Shown in pieces: positions 37,901 through 47,888 of a DNA stretch of 64,000 bases. The notes beneath the pieces were generated by a model. The model was not told the origin of the DNA. It searched no databases and saw only the letters and a program-made list of their open reading frames with translations. The DNA lies in the NCBI GenBank assembly GCA_903813345.2, contig CAIIXF020000001.1:5208001-5272000 (forward strand), given 5' to 3'. Position 1 is the stretch's first letter; each line of letters opens with the position of its first letter. The stretch is from Owenia fusiformis. Lineage: Eukaryota. The position numbers and the translations under genes were made by a program.

Positions 37901-37990
37901 CTCACACAACGATTCGACAGAAACTTATTCTTAAAACTCCAAAAAGAGATCTTTTATAAATTCTATACTTACCTCACCGGAAGGTGCCAT
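4809..37990 (-). CDS. WDR18: WD repeat-containing protein 18 (IPI3 homologue, rixosome / pre-60S factor); whole 11-exon gene, ~433 aa
   Basis: Manually spliced exons 37973-37990, 27518-27709, 17858-17968, 17372-17505, 16103-16247, 15455-15598, 11811-11872, 11146-11270, 6327-6481, 5487-5552, 4809-4958. All introns are GT-AG and phases are compatible. The protein is collinear with WDR18 as I recall it (e.g. SGNLL..SRHYQ.V.CL.FT.DGSHFIS, GG...RVAT.SLD.T.KLW, C-terminal coiled coil). Confidence 0.93.
5487..5552 (-). CDS. WDR18: WDR18 exon 10 (DSQCNDDDTSLIEEYMVAMNDK)
   Basis: ttacag acceptor, gtaaac donor, 66 nt, phase 0/0; poorly conserved linker. Confidence 0.7.
6327..6481 (-). CDS. WDR18: WDR18 exon 9 (GPIVNALIVPTPGALLGDAKPNLPVQPFKRQLF...QGNIE)
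   Basis: ttttag acceptor, gtatgg donor. An alternative in-frame donor lies 9 nt further, ending the exon at 6318. Within ORF 6246..6515. Confidence 0.88.
8055..11195. repeat. 56-bp minisatellite (55 copies) derived from the WDR18 exon 8 / intron 8 junction
   Basis: Unit CCCAGATCTCTTACCTTAATGTGGTATGGTTCTGATGTACTGTTTGCTAAGTATGT. The 3071 bp between the last copy's donor and the real donor equals 52x56 + 3x53. Confidence 0.97.
11146..11270 (-). CDS. WDR18: WDR18 exon 8 ([41 protein letters not shown])
   Basis: tttcag acceptor, gtaaga donor, 125 nt; canonical WD40 repeat. Confidence 0.93.
11811..11872 (-). CDS. WDR18: WDR18 exon 7 (PVHFKRHNQSDGDYISFNRH)
   Basis: tttcag acceptor, gtatgt donor, 62 nt; phases 0/2 bridge exons 6 and 8. 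Confidence 0.8.
12852..13710. repeat. 28-bp minisatellite (~30 copies) inside the CAC-terminated element
   Basis: Unit CATCTGCCATGTTAACAACCTCTGACTA, degenerating at the right end. Confidence 0.92.
14279..14530. mobile_element. Small MITE nested in the 12409-14847 element
   Basis: 24-bp TIR TTATCCTATACCAAGTAGAGTTTT / AAAACTCTACTTGGCATAGGATAA; related TIRs at ~58268-58431. Confidence 0.6.
15455..15598 (-). CDS. WDR18: WDR18 exon 6 (LWDIISGEMLFNITFDTSLTSVVLDSAESTLFVGCSNGHIYQVSLFEK)
   Basis: ttttag acceptor, gtgaat donor, 144 nt. Confidence 0.92.
16103..16247 (-). CDS. WDR18: WDR18 exon 5 (VLNQQ...[35 protein letters not shown])
   Basis: tttcag acceptor, gtatgt donor, 145 nt; lies within ORF 16040..16261. 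Confidence 0.93.
16287..17333 (+). mobile_element. Helentron/HINE-like non-autonomous element (related copies at ~11602-11749, ~15080-15440 and ~18633-27140, the last interrupted by the LTR element)
   Basis: AACTAGA start, (GACA/GACG)n microsatellite, terminal short palindrome ending GGGAC/TATAAA; layout typical of lophotrochozoan pearl/DTC84-type elements. Confidence 0.45.
17372..17505 (-). CDS. WDR18: WDR18 exon 4 (VCSGNLLISISRHYQAVTCLKFTNDGSHFISAGDDNLVLVWSLP)
   Basis: ctctag acceptor, gtaagt donor, 134 nt; classic WD40 repeat. Confidence 0.95.
17858..17968 (-). CDS. WDR18: WDR18 exon 3 (DQHDVKMIAPGKISTLCVSPDGKYCVAAVTEKIYIWE)
   Basis: cactag acceptor, gtattt donor, 111 nt. Confidence 0.92.
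18711..20650 (+). repeat. 5' LTR (1940 bp)
   Basis: TGTGGGAAAT...GGTCCGACA; direct repeat of 24837-26776 (offset 6126). Confidence 0.96.
20652..20670 (+). other. Primer-binding site, tRNA-Leu type
   Basis: TGGTGGCAGCGTCGGGATT, 1 nt after the 5' LTR. Resembles the complement of the tRNA-Leu(AAG/TAG) 3' end (TGGTGGCAGCGGTGGGATT) with 2 mismatches. Confidence 0.8.
20699..24526 (+). CDS. Retrotransposon Gag-protease polyprotein with a long uncharacterised C-terminal tail (1275 aa)
   Basis: N-terminal coiled coil; capsid-like FDGSTPWKDYKAYF..C..NNGW (~aa 445); two CCHC knuckles, CKKCGEEGHRVRWC and CYNCDKPGHLSFDC (~aa 665-696); aspartic protease FLVDSGA (D758) ... GILG. No YxDD, RNase H or HHCC/DDE motifs seen. 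Confidence 0.92.
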   Translation: MATKPEEGMEYMESQTEGRRQEEESADNTVFFQGDNAQMDIGLDDTVPVRRDTFSGTESARQAEENPAGARSKTGYTVQGEGYGMTPARGYPLTSTVLEGKSPGVIMPMGQELQSQQVQMSVLDSQLKALDQQNRTMYEDLRREVYSGQENLRREVNAGQREIQTEIERLSASHLEAQQEAKGALQDVKGFLSILVQRLPATKDDSCFTSDESGSKQKQSYGSTMAANQELDQKSRLDSQHTPTRVNTQPQGDVCSGIHMKRPSLQRQDQYVGEELASHLGKGWSREAKMGGDSWPLSQEYGRSYSEQLREQGRSAPLLREETYQMPTQYSREQLAQEGVGEICGGGELDRSEIRRSRRHSLHSPMEYPPDHQDGRQPEELIANVPNPDLSRGTQQRVSTEALAPEVKEEKAAESVIVTKVLDMCTKLIESNKGPRVRIKPTQTFDGSTPWKDYKAYFSTCVENNGWTPDEKRQYLATNLRGDAQQLVLELEEGYSYEDLIEALEKRFGPGGKADVFEAELCSRTRKPKESLQSLGQNIRRLASLAYPEMSRMAQDRLARRSFEQAIPDDDLRQAIHRKDPETLDKAIEVALKEESYQESERIRRGLKSKRDHKILQVDEEDDISTKLQQILKPVEQLLEKTLGKMSKDIADIANRGPSKRTFSCKKCGEEGHRVRWCPTITCYNCDKPGHLSFDCPLPEKPKREKDQSRTVTTNSVTPVRFMADRYEEITTGNREELVRKIVADVDICGTRMEFLVDSGAVSSMLGWGCYNRISKRCRPCLRPLSRLFTQADGSHLAVYGMISCDIELDGKVMPMNIVVADIAQDGILGSEYLSASGAIIDYADLRIYFKDQNQEERKPDVEKIMLDSSNQLQNKREKDRVIEKSYSSRTKKTTFDRNVDADDTEIGGEYPETIGIYVCSQEQETENLVSCRSSDGTSKRSEEITNKDCTIQSTEIHPNKGTRIRCEKSWSNESKEKINEEFTTGNDSPKSKQRQRKGLMQRKKKALSISSNKVQERKLQRCTLGKALQVSKVKSLTNEKIQRGDMIVQIQRRRIPKIIRKNFHQRHNLEGNEKRNLTLGCKSVQSRDGNPTSRGSSPNSRERPLDRRGRPTQSNSENKVSSRNINEVRVSKAVVPTPYNRCLRGKMEHLETGPLGEESKTKELYQRRPFTRNRVKGGTREDNSQKSKATWTRKLSPTEEGEIISILRFWIRKSRESAFCREVPTSKTKMPIQSREQCVEIGLTQRDKMLECDRGAFTEDRAQDYREKNSFKRQ
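24824..24836 (+). other. Polypurine tract
   Basis: AAGATGGGGGGTG abutting the 3' LTR; preceded by the perfect hairpin CAATGCG-AGGG-CGCATTG (24802-24819). Confidence 0.8.
24837..26776 (+). repeat. 3' LTR (1940 bp)
   Basis: Identical to the 5' LTR by eye except A18752 vs T24878. Confidence 0.96.
27518..27709 (-). CDS. WDR18: WDR18 exon 2 (ILITSESTGQLWNTCIWDPYSGTTIATFKGG...HMWPLQKM)
   Basis: ctccag acceptor, gtaggt donor, 192 nt open; matches the WDR18 N-terminal WD repeat. Confidence 0.9.
30564..31958. mobile_element. Academ-like non-autonomous DNA transposon (TAG termini, 3-bp TAA TSD)
   Basis: TAGTCCCTGGTATGA ... TCATACCATGGACTA; internal inverted repeat TAGCACACTATAGCGCAGC / GCTGCGCTATAGTGTGCTA; TAA on both flanks. 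Confidence 0.7.
31991..32285. mobile_element. MITE with CAGGCCCG...CGGGCCTG termini and 5-bp TSD (hAT5-like)
   Basis: TSD TAAAT on both sides; shares internal TGCAGTTTTCACCATTCTGAGCACTTT with 59604-59777. Confidence 0.7.
34122..34191 (+). pseudogene. Degenerate tRNA-like sequence (possibly Gly-derived) / SINE head
   Basis: A-box TGGTATAGTGG, B-box-like GGCTCGATTCC, tRNA-like spacing, CTTCCCAA anticodon-loop-like segment; stems imperfect. Confidence 0.45.
34816..36942. mobile_element. hAT5-like non-autonomous element with nested repeats
   Basis: CATAGCCGTAGCCAG ... CTGGCTACGCCACTG; TSD CAGAG at 34811-34815 and 36943-36947. Confidence 0.65.
37973..37990 (-). CDS. WDR18: WDR18 exon 1 (MAPSGE)
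   Basis: ATG GCA CCT TCC GGT GAG followed by gtaagt donor. Phase 0 joins exon 2. Lies directly downstream of the promoter motif cluster. Confidence 0.75.
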
Positions 37991-38044
37991 TCTCTTTATG
38001 TCTCCACATGGAGTAGGGGCAATCTGCAGAAGTTTGATTTTCAC

Positions 38045-38255
38045 TCCCCGCCAATCCAGCAATTTGATTGGGTCAAATTATTAAAACGCATGCGCAACAA
38101 ATTCTGTGTATTCGGGGGATTCCCCACTACGTCATGTCCCGCATCATCTCCAATCAAATTGCAGGATGTGATCACGTGAACAATCATGAGCACGTGCTCT
38201 CTTAGTGCTGCGCATGCGCAAAGCTAAATTTGATATTTCACATTGGATTGGCAAA
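38045..38255 (-). promoter_or_regulatory. WDR18 housekeeping-type promoter
   Basis: Several CCAAT/ATTGG boxes (38051, 38068, 38150, 38242, 38247), two CACGTG E-boxes (38173-38178, 38191-38196) and a perfect NRF1 palindrome TGCGCATGCGCA (38209-38220), all within ~260 bp upstream of the ATG. Confidence 0.75.
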
Positions 38256-40894
38256 GGTCGATAGAAATAATTTTTAAATAAAGATGGCAGGGTAATCGAT
38301 CTTTGTTTATAAATATTCTGGATGATACTGGATTCTGTTGGTGCTGTCATCTTTATGTCGGCCCAGAACCTGTGGTTTTTCATCAATGGAAGTACTTCAT
38401 TCCCATGATTCAAATTGGTTTCCTGCGATCAGATCGGTTTAAATTTGTACATCAAATTATAGATGCTGGCCAGATCGTTTTGTTGTAGGATCTCATAGGC
38501 TCAAAGAATAATTCAGAAGATGCGTCACTAAACTGGAAAATTCAAAAAAGTGACCACCTTTCGAAACGTTCCTTATACCATGGACGTATATTTCGATAAT
38601 ATCATAGGCGAAGGTCGATAGAAGTAATTTTTTTAAATAAAGATGGCATGGTAAATAATCTATCTGAGTTTATCTATATGTTTCTCTTGAGAAAAAGATA
38701 ATTCTGGATTCTGTTGGTGCTGCCATCTTTATATCGGCCCATAACCTATGGATAATATACGTCCATGCTTTCACAGATCTTCGCAGAACGGTACATGCTT
38801 CCCCGTGACAGATTTTGCACTAACTGCTTAATTTAAAGCTGAAATCTTTATCTTTCTATTTCTCCTTGTTTAGTTTGAACCCATGGACGCACTAATTTAA
38901 CCACCAGTGTCACGATATAGGGAAGCGATTTTGGTTTTTTATTTCGTGCTACTTTTGGACTTACACAAATTGTAAGATACATTATCTATCTTTGTCTTGC
39001 ACTAAATTGAATATAGTCACTTTTAAAAAGACATGAATTAGCACATTCCATGACGAAGATAATTGACAGACTGTTGAAAATGTGAGTTTTGACCTAGTTC
39101 TTGACCATTGACCTAGATAAAGATTGACCTACCACAGTTGTCTAAACCTACAAAGGTTAGTGCCCTTGAATCTATAGCAGGACAGAATGAATGAAGTGGG
39201 ATTCTACGATTTCTGCTAGAAAATGCAACAAATCTGCCTGATTTATTTTTTCAGATTTCCTACAAGCCTATCATATTTCATGAGAATGTTTGCTAATAAA
39301 TCGCTCAATGAATAGATGCATAGTGTAACAAAACCTTTTTGTGATTTCACACGAACGTTTCTAAATAATAACGATCGCCTAATGAGATAAGAGGTAAGAA
39401 AATTCATTTCCGGATTTTCCTGATTCATTATTCAGAGGCGCAAACATCCTTGTCCGACTTTAGACAATGACTTGGAATAATAATATTCATAAGAAGCCAA
39501 CAGATACTGTTTCAAATAATTAGAATCGAACGCTCGTGTATTAATGTTCAAGCAAATGATGGCTGTAATTTATTTGGCGATCAAACTTATGTTTGTTGCT
39601 GCACGCGACCTATTGATTTCTAAAGGTAACTCTCTTGGGAAAATTGTTGCCTATTGGTTTGATCGGATGTGGTCTGTATGCCTACAAAAACCTGATTGCT
39701 CACTCGGTTGCATATGCATCAATTAATCCATCAATAGCGCTCACTAAGTTATTTACCCTTAGTAGTATGGTAGAAATATTTTTCAATATTACACTATCGC
39801 TGCCATTTAGCCACCTTGATTGATTTAAGCTATGGTCAGCATTGCCTTGATAACTGGGATCTGAATTAATCTAACTACATGCCATCCCAGCACCTTTTTT
39901 CAAAGAAATTGTGGGATATAATAAAGAGATTTCTAAGGCCCCAAAAGTGGGCATTTTCGATCATTACTGAGCCTTTTAAGGCCTTTTTTAATCAAATTTT
40001 GAAGAGATGAGCGGTGACGGAACGTCAATGTAACAAAATGGATGGACTTCCTGGATACAAGTTTTTGTTTTCTCGATTTAAACTTAGTATAAGTCATCTT
40101 GCGGATTATCATTTGGCACAAAGTTAGACAATATAGTCTAGCTTTAAGAAATGCTCTCGGTTTGGAATTTGAGTTTTAAATAAAGCTGTGATTCATGCAT
40201 TTAGACCATCGCTTTTGTTACATTGACGTAAGTCGTCAAAGTAACATACATTGATAATATAACGGACTTACGTCAATGTAACTAGCAATGGACAACCGGT
40301 TTTTTAATTAACCCAACTCCATTAAACTGTATATTTTCTGAAAGCTTGGAGTATTAATAAAAAGAAAATCTATAATTTTTTAGAAAATGTATACTGGCCG
40401 TGACACGCAATTAAAGTAGGTCAACCCCAGGAGGTCCGAAAATCGGTTTTTGCTAAAAATTGACCCCAACTTTGAAATTCAATTAAAAATTAACAACAGG
40501 TTTATCTTATCATACCTTATTTATTCTTGTTACTCCAACTTTTATTCAAACAATAAAAAAACGAAAGTCTAATATAAGTTCATATAGTTTATAGGGTATC
40601 ACCCATGTGCGTTTCTTGTATTTTCAAAAATAAACATCTGCAATGTACAATGTTCTGTGTCTCTATCATTTTGATCAATGCAGTACATTAGTCCAGATAT
40701 TTTTCTATTATATGAGTAATATTCTTTCAATGTATACAAATAGTGTATTTATATGCTGGCACCTACACGTATATCACTAAATTATTTTCCATAATATACA
40801 ATATACATATGTCCATATGTACATGTATCATAGTTTTCAAAAGTCTTGAGAGACCAATATAAAACTTTCCAAGTCGTCAAAACAAGCATGCTGC

Positions 40895-41490
40895 ATCAAA
40901 AAATCAATGGTTCGAGACATCAAGTGATCAATGGTATGGAACATCAAGTGATCAACAGTACTGGATATCAAGTAATCAACAATCTAGGACGATCTATAGT
41001 AAATAATAAGTATGGGAATCAAGTAATTAACAGTGTGAGAAATCAAGTGACCAATGGTATGGGGTAGAAAGTGTTAAATAGTATGGGACACCAATTGATC
41101 ATAAACATTGGGCAGTAAGTGATGAACGATATAGGGCAGTAAGTAATCAACAAAATGGAACATCAAGTGATCAACAGTATAGGAAATAATCAACAGTGTG
41201 ATCAATAGTATGGGAAATCAAGTAATCAACAGTATGGGACGTCAAGTGATCAATAGTATGGGAAATCAAGTAATCAACAGTATGGGACGTCAAGTGATCA
41301 ATAGTATGGGAAATCAAGTGATCAACAGTATGGGTCATCAAGTGATCAATAGTGTGAGACGTCAAGTTGTCAATAGTTTGGTATATCAAATGATTGATAG
41401 TATGGGACATCAAGTCGGATCAATATAGTATGGGCGTATAGTATGGGGTATGGGACCTCAATGATAAACTTTTACAGTATGGGGCATCAA
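40895..41490. repeat. 24-bp minisatellite (CAAGTGATCAATAGTATGGGAAAT-like)
   Basis: About 24 degenerate units; produces QVINSMG(N/R/H)-repeat ORFs on both strands. Confidence 0.9.
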
Positions 41491-42999
41491 GGGAGACGAG
41501 ACTGCAAGTAGTCAACGTGATTATCCGATGATATTAGATTGGGGCACTTCAATTAATGAATAATATAGCAGTGTCTAATAAGTCCAAATGCAACGGATAT
41601 CGTATGAAGAAGTTCTCAATAGCATATTTGCTTTCATAAATATGCATTTATTTGAAGTAACAAACACAATTGAACACAGATTAACCAAAATTAACGATTT
41701 TATTTTTGCACAAGACACACCCCTGAAGATATAGAGGTTCTTATATGAGTACCTGTGCAAGATCGTGCATTCTTGATGAGCTTTGATAATTCTTCTTTAT
41801 ACGAGATAAAGAAACATTATCAAAGCGAGTCAAGAATGGACGATATTGCACAGGTACGAGTACAAGAACGTTTTTCTCATATGACTTTGTTTTATGCCAT
41901 ATTTTCACCATTTTATTATAAAACTGAGTGAAAAATAGCTTAGATGAATCTATCAGGTGTATGAAAACCAAGGATTGTGAGTCTCACACTGCACCGTTTT
42001 CTTCAAACTTGTTCCGTACAAAGCAAAACAAAAATGCCTTTCTGTAGGTGTATTGCATTATTCTACAGAGTCTCTCGTTTTAGCGGCGTTAGGGTCCCCA
42101 GCTCTGAGATTACACGAATTTTCATAAAGGATACATATCAATATGGTGAACTGAATTCAACAATGTGTTTTTCAAACCAATTATTGAAAACATTCTGTAA
42201 AAAAACACGGTCCTTTATGTTGACTGATTGGCAACAATTTAATGCAACAAATTATATATATTTTATATAACTGTTTTTGTTAATATTTTTTGTTTTTAAT
42301 GCAGTTGTTTTTGTGTACCTTTCTACCAATTCTTGAGAATGAAATAAAATGTCTTTCCGAACCTTGTTGAAACAAAATAGCATATACAACATTTTCTTAG
42401 ACCTCTCAATATTACAATTATACAAAGGAAATTTTGATTGATTTTACAAAAAGTATGCAAAAACTTAAAACAAAACCCCCCAAAATAGATAAAAATTAAG
42501 ATAAACATTTTATTTCATTAACAAGATACTTTTTAAAATCAACCAAACTTTCCTTTGTACAATTACAATATTGACAGACTTAAACACATTTTGTTTATAT
42601 CGTTTTGTTCCAATGAGGTTCGGATAGATGTTTCATTTCATTTCGAACATATGATACCAAGATCAAAAGAAGTGTCTCATGTGTTTTCTAAAACAATATA
42701 GAGAAAAGGATATATATATATTTTTTTAATTATAATGTTACCATCCAAAAGATGACCATTAAATTGACGATGTGTAAAATTTTCAGAATGTTTTGATGAC
42801 TGCTTTAAGAGAAACGTGTGTTCAAAAAGTTCACCATATCGATACCACTCCTTTCAACTATGAGTTAATGAAAACACAGGATCAAATCCTGTGCTAAGGG
42901 CTGATGTGAAAAAGTCAGTCCGACCCCAATGGGGATCGAACCCACGACCCCTCGCTTTCTGTTATCTCGCCAGTTCTTTCCTAATTTTTGTCCATACAG

Positions 43000-43645
43000 G
43001 GTAGAGATTAAAAGGTGGATTGGATCGAGTGGATTGGATTCATGTAAAAGGTGGATTGGATCGGGAATCTTCAAAATGTGGAATTTCTTATAAAAAATAA
43101 AAAAAATTCTGTTGATCTCCCTCTAAACAATTTCCCTCTACAGTATTACAGGTTCCTTTTGAGACTGATCAGAACAAAGCAATGACAAATACATACTCCA
43201 ATTAGTTCATGGACACTCTTAAGTATTTAACCGCTTTCCCTTGTAAATCAACTTTTGTAAGACATAGATCTTTAGAAAAAGAAAACCTGTCATTCAAATT
43301 AATGTGTGAATGTTCACAAAACATTTCTGGTATGTTCAGTTTGGATTGATGATATGGATCTTCAAACCAGTCTGCCTTATGATTTATGAAATGTCTCAAA
43401 TTACACTTGGAATGAATAAGATCGTGTATCAAAAAGCGGGTACCAGGTCATCCTTCTAGCCCACCCAAGCAAAATAATATTACATCTATTATTTGACATT
43501 GTGCAAGTGAAGAGAGCACCAATCTTCCTAAAGGGAGATCAATAGAATTTTTTAAAGGAAAATCCATATTTTGAAGATAGCCAATCCAATCCACCTTTTA
43601 CATGAATCCAATCCACTCGATCCAATCCACCTTTTAATCTTTACC
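43000..43645. mobile_element. Merlin-like MITE (GG termini, 8-bp TSD)
   Basis: ~60-bp TIR GGTA(G/A)AGATTAAAAGGTGGATTGGATCGAGTGGATTGGATTCATGTAAAAGGTGGATTGGAT; TSD CCATACAG at 42992-42999 and 43646-43653. Confidence 0.8.
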
Positions 43646-46600
43646 CCATACAGGCATACTTTCCGAATGGGCGTCCATCACAACCCTTCATCGCTGTGTG
43701 TTATTTAGGGGCATTTAACGCAGCAGTTTCGAAATCATCCTCCACATGTTCAAGAGTGATCAATGTGTCCCGTCGTATTTCACTTACCCTGCACCATCTT
43801 TTGAGAAGCGAAGTCGAACGAATGCAAGGGGTGGGATACGCCCAATCGAGTCTATGACTACAAACGCGAAGTTTCATTCTGAAACACTTTGTTCATCGTC
43901 ATGTCCGTTAGCAGGTTTGCCATGGTTTAGCTTCATATAGTTTCCAATTAATTTTGCTGGTTCTTGGACTTGAGGATTGATGGGGTCTTAATACATGTAC
44001 CTGTGGGTGTCTCTTCTCTTTTTTCTTGCGATTTTTTGTCACAGAATGAATGAATTTACTTGATACACGATACATGGCTTCTATGATTTTCAGTCAATGA
44101 TATGTGTTCCGCCTTGGATTAATCATTTGCATGACTAGAATATTACACAATGGGCATGAACAGACATGGTAAGAATGTAAGAAGACATATAAAAGATACA
44201 TGTATAAGTATTTCAGCACCCTGAAAATGTGGCTGGAGGAACATACTGGTTTAACATTACAATAGATGACCAACTAACAGAATCGTTCGCAAAAGGCCTC
44301 TGCCATAATGGACCCCTATATATCACATGCTTAACATGCTACTGTAGAGTATTGATCGTTTGATGGCAATTTAAATATAGTAATTAACAATGCAGTTTCA
44401 CATATATTCCTGGGAAATTACTACAACGACACGTGTTTACCTCACCACCATAGCAACCACTCATTTCCTCCACTTCCTTTAATTTCTTGGCAAATAAGGA
44501 GCATTTCATTTTCGCTGTTTAACGTGCGCATGCCAATCGTCCTCGCCTAATGAAATCTTAACAGATCATTATAATAGAGAATGCTTTGGATGATAAATCC
44601 ACATTAGTAATAGAAGGATTGGATTTGTTTTCCCAGGGTTCTACTAATAAGGTTCTCGCAGCTGCATCCTGCCAATAATAATCAAACTAATAATAAAAAC
44701 CATTTTTGGCTTTATCTAATAAGCATGCCATGACTTTAATTTGCACCAACCATAAATTAAGGGTAGAATCAGATCTAGAGAGCAACTTTCAAGCAATAAT
44801 TATCAAAGTTACAATGAATTATCGAATTGCTGTGTAGTAATATTATTGACGAGTGAGTGGAACATATCTATATATCATATTCATCTATCAGTATTTTTTT
44901 ATCTGAAATTAATTATTCCTTGTTCATTCAAGGAAATCTTACCATTATTTCTGTTTTTCGCCCTAAAAAATGGGTCTCAAATTTTCAATTTTATTGAGGC
45001 AAAGTAGTCAAAAGTGAACGCCCCCCTGGAATATTAAAGGTCCCAAAAAAATCGTTAGGCCTCACAAAATAGACGTTTTTGTGCAAAATTTGGCCTTTTG
45101 GACCAAATTGTCGAAAAATAGGTATCAAAATTTGGGCCCAATTTTTTATTTTAAGGACAATTTGGCCCCAAAAAATGGATCTCAAATATTCAAAATTTGG
45201 GCCCACTTTTTTATTTTTTACCTCTAATGACTTATTTTTCTTTAATTTTGATAGCATATTTGAATTCAGTGACAAGTTTTCTCCAATAATAGCTTTGATT
45301 TACAGAGTTATTTCATTTAAATCATTTCCAATGACATTTAAAGAAACTTGGGCCAAATCTCCATTGGTGAAATGCTAAAAATCATTAAAACCTTGGCTTA
45401 TTTGTATGACAACCAACATTTTCATGTTTGGTGACAAAACCATGCTGGATTTCAAACATCTTTTGAACCAAGATAACAGAGTTCTGTTTTCACCTCCAGT
45501 CAGTTTAACTAGTTGCACATATCATTTATTTACATGACAAGGATCACAACGTTCATGGTCAGAATAACCCTAAACATGATGAAATAACGTCTTCAGCCCT
45601 CTGAAAATGTGACTGAAAGATAGCTAAAAGTAGGAGCTTAGGAAAGGGCAATGTACAGAATCTTTTGAATTTTTCAGAAAATGTGCCCGATAAATTGCTC
45701 TAAATGAAACAATCTTTAAAGTTTTACAAAATTGGCGGTCATAAAAAGGAAAATAGATCGCTTTTCAATTCAGTTTTTCATTTTTTTCTTTTTCTATGAA
45801 TGATATCAAATATCTTTATAAACAGAAGCATTCTCTCAGAAACATTGTCCCATTGGGACGGTGTCCTCGTCTGTGTTCATAGGGATACAAGCATACTCTT
45901 CAATGCATGTTAGGGTATGAACAACCTATTTTTGAGAATACGCGGCGTATCCTCGTCTATTGGAATAAACACACCTTCATCTGTTGGAATATGCACATAT
46001 AATTGATATTTTAAAAATCTGTTATTGTACTAGAGACTGCGACATAAATGTTGATTTCCTGGACATGCAATGTGTTATTTTTTGTTGACCAGACTTTAAG
46101 CAATCATTACCACAAGGTACCTGTTTGGAATATTGCTTATCTTTTTAAAAAAATATCACTTTAATGATGGATTTTTAGACAATTAAGAAATATTTTATTT
46201 TTTCGGCAATTAATATAAACTCGGATTTCTTTACCTAAAATGTATCGATTGCGTTGATATTTTTGAGCATGTTAATAAAATGTATGTGCTACCAACTCTT
46301 GAAAGCGGGATGTTTAATATGTTTATTTAATTAAGTATGTTTTACTATATGTTTACGATTTGTCAAACATTTGTATCCTCCAACACATTGGTCATATTTA
46401 TATACACTATTGATGAATTATTTTGATGAAAGCTATGCCAGAAGGTACATTTTGATGACATATCTTCGATTGCAGACAATGGAGATATATGATTGAGTGT
46501 AGGTATTTCTGTCGTGAATTCAAGTTGTCTAGATTAGGCTGTCCAATATTTTGTATCTTCCAAACATTAAAATATCATCTTTGGGAAAATATTTTTATTT

Positions 46601-47114
46601 TATTTTTTTATTAAGCATGTGTTGGAGGATACAAAATGACTTTAAAAGTATGTGAAATATAAACGTACGATCAAAAGTTAGCTGTATTCGTAATTTATGT
46701 TTATATTTAAATTACAGCAAAGAATGAGTCATTGCCAACCCAAGAAACAAAATATTTCACTCTCAGTTTCACATATGATCATGTTATAACTTTGTGGGAA
46801 TAGCGATGCATGTAACCTTTACATTTCTATTCAACATGCTATGCTTTCTTTTTATTTCCATGACTGACACATAACCATACAACTTTTAATGATGTTTCTC
46901 ATTCCCTCATTGCCCACGCTGCGTGTTTTTTCATAATATTATATTTTGAATGCTGTTTGTCGTTCCCTATGATGAATATATGGCCTTTACCCGAAATGAT
47001 AAATATTGCTTGCACATCTTAGTCATTGTAAGTGCCAGAATACTTTTATATCGATTCCAATGAAAATTATTGCATCCATTGCAATCTTTAATACTTTACA
47101 TGCAATATGAGCAA

Positions 47115-47888
47115 CGTACCCATAGCCAGCTTTTAGTAGGGGGAGGGGGCTCGAACCCATCCCCCTTCCCACACATAAATAATGTCCATGCTAAACCAAC
47201 ACCTGGGGCGACACTGAAAATTCAGAGGGTGGGAGACGAAAACAAGAAGGCAAAATGTCAACGCCTAGTTGCTCACAATATTATTAGTTCAATCTTAAGT
47301 CAGATTTGAATTTCTGAGAACTTGTTGATAAAAATTGGTCAATTTGAAGCAAGTTGAAAAAATACATTTTCTGACCCTGACAAGGTCATTGATGGTGAAA
47401 TCTCAAATCTAAAGTCAGATTTGAACTTCTGAGAACTTGTAGATAATTTTGAAAAAAAGTAGTTGGTCAATTTGAAGCAAGTTGAAAAAAGTCCTTTTTG
47501 ACCTTGAGAAGGTCAAATATTTTTTTGACCTTAAGAATGTCATTGAAGGTCAAATCTATAGTCAGAATTGAACTTTTGAGAACTTCTAGATGATTTTGAA
47601 AAAAGAATTGGTCAATTTGAAGCAAGTTGAAAAATACCATTTTGACCCTTTTTGACCTTGAGAAGGTCAATGAAGGTCGAATCTCAAATCTAAGTCATAT
47701 ATGAACTTCTGATAACTTGTAGATGATTTGAAAAAAATGGTCAATTTGAAGCAAGATGAAAAAAAACTTTTTGACCTTGAAAAGGTCACCGAAGGTCAAT
47801 TCTTGAAGGTCAAATAGAAAGAATATCGTTCAAGATCGCACGAGCCCACAATCTCGCCCCACACATACACAGCCCGGCTAAGGACCTG
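47115..47888. mobile_element. hAT5-like MITE containing a TGACCTTG-rich imperfect tandem repeat (~47290-47820)
   Basis: Degenerate termini (..CCCATAGCCAG / CCGGCTAAGGACCTG); near-TSD AGCAA/AGTAA; repeated TGGTCAATTTGAAGCAAGTTGAAAAA. Confidence 0.5.

Noticed and set aside
42920-42962. tRNA gene on the minus strand (GGTTCGATCCC B-box)
   Set aside because: Only a 3' half is visible, with no A-box or D-arm; at most a SINE fragment.
43660-43960. Possible exon (GC-richer; GG|GTAAGT donor on the minus strand)
   Set aside because: No recognisable protein similarity and no partner exons found.
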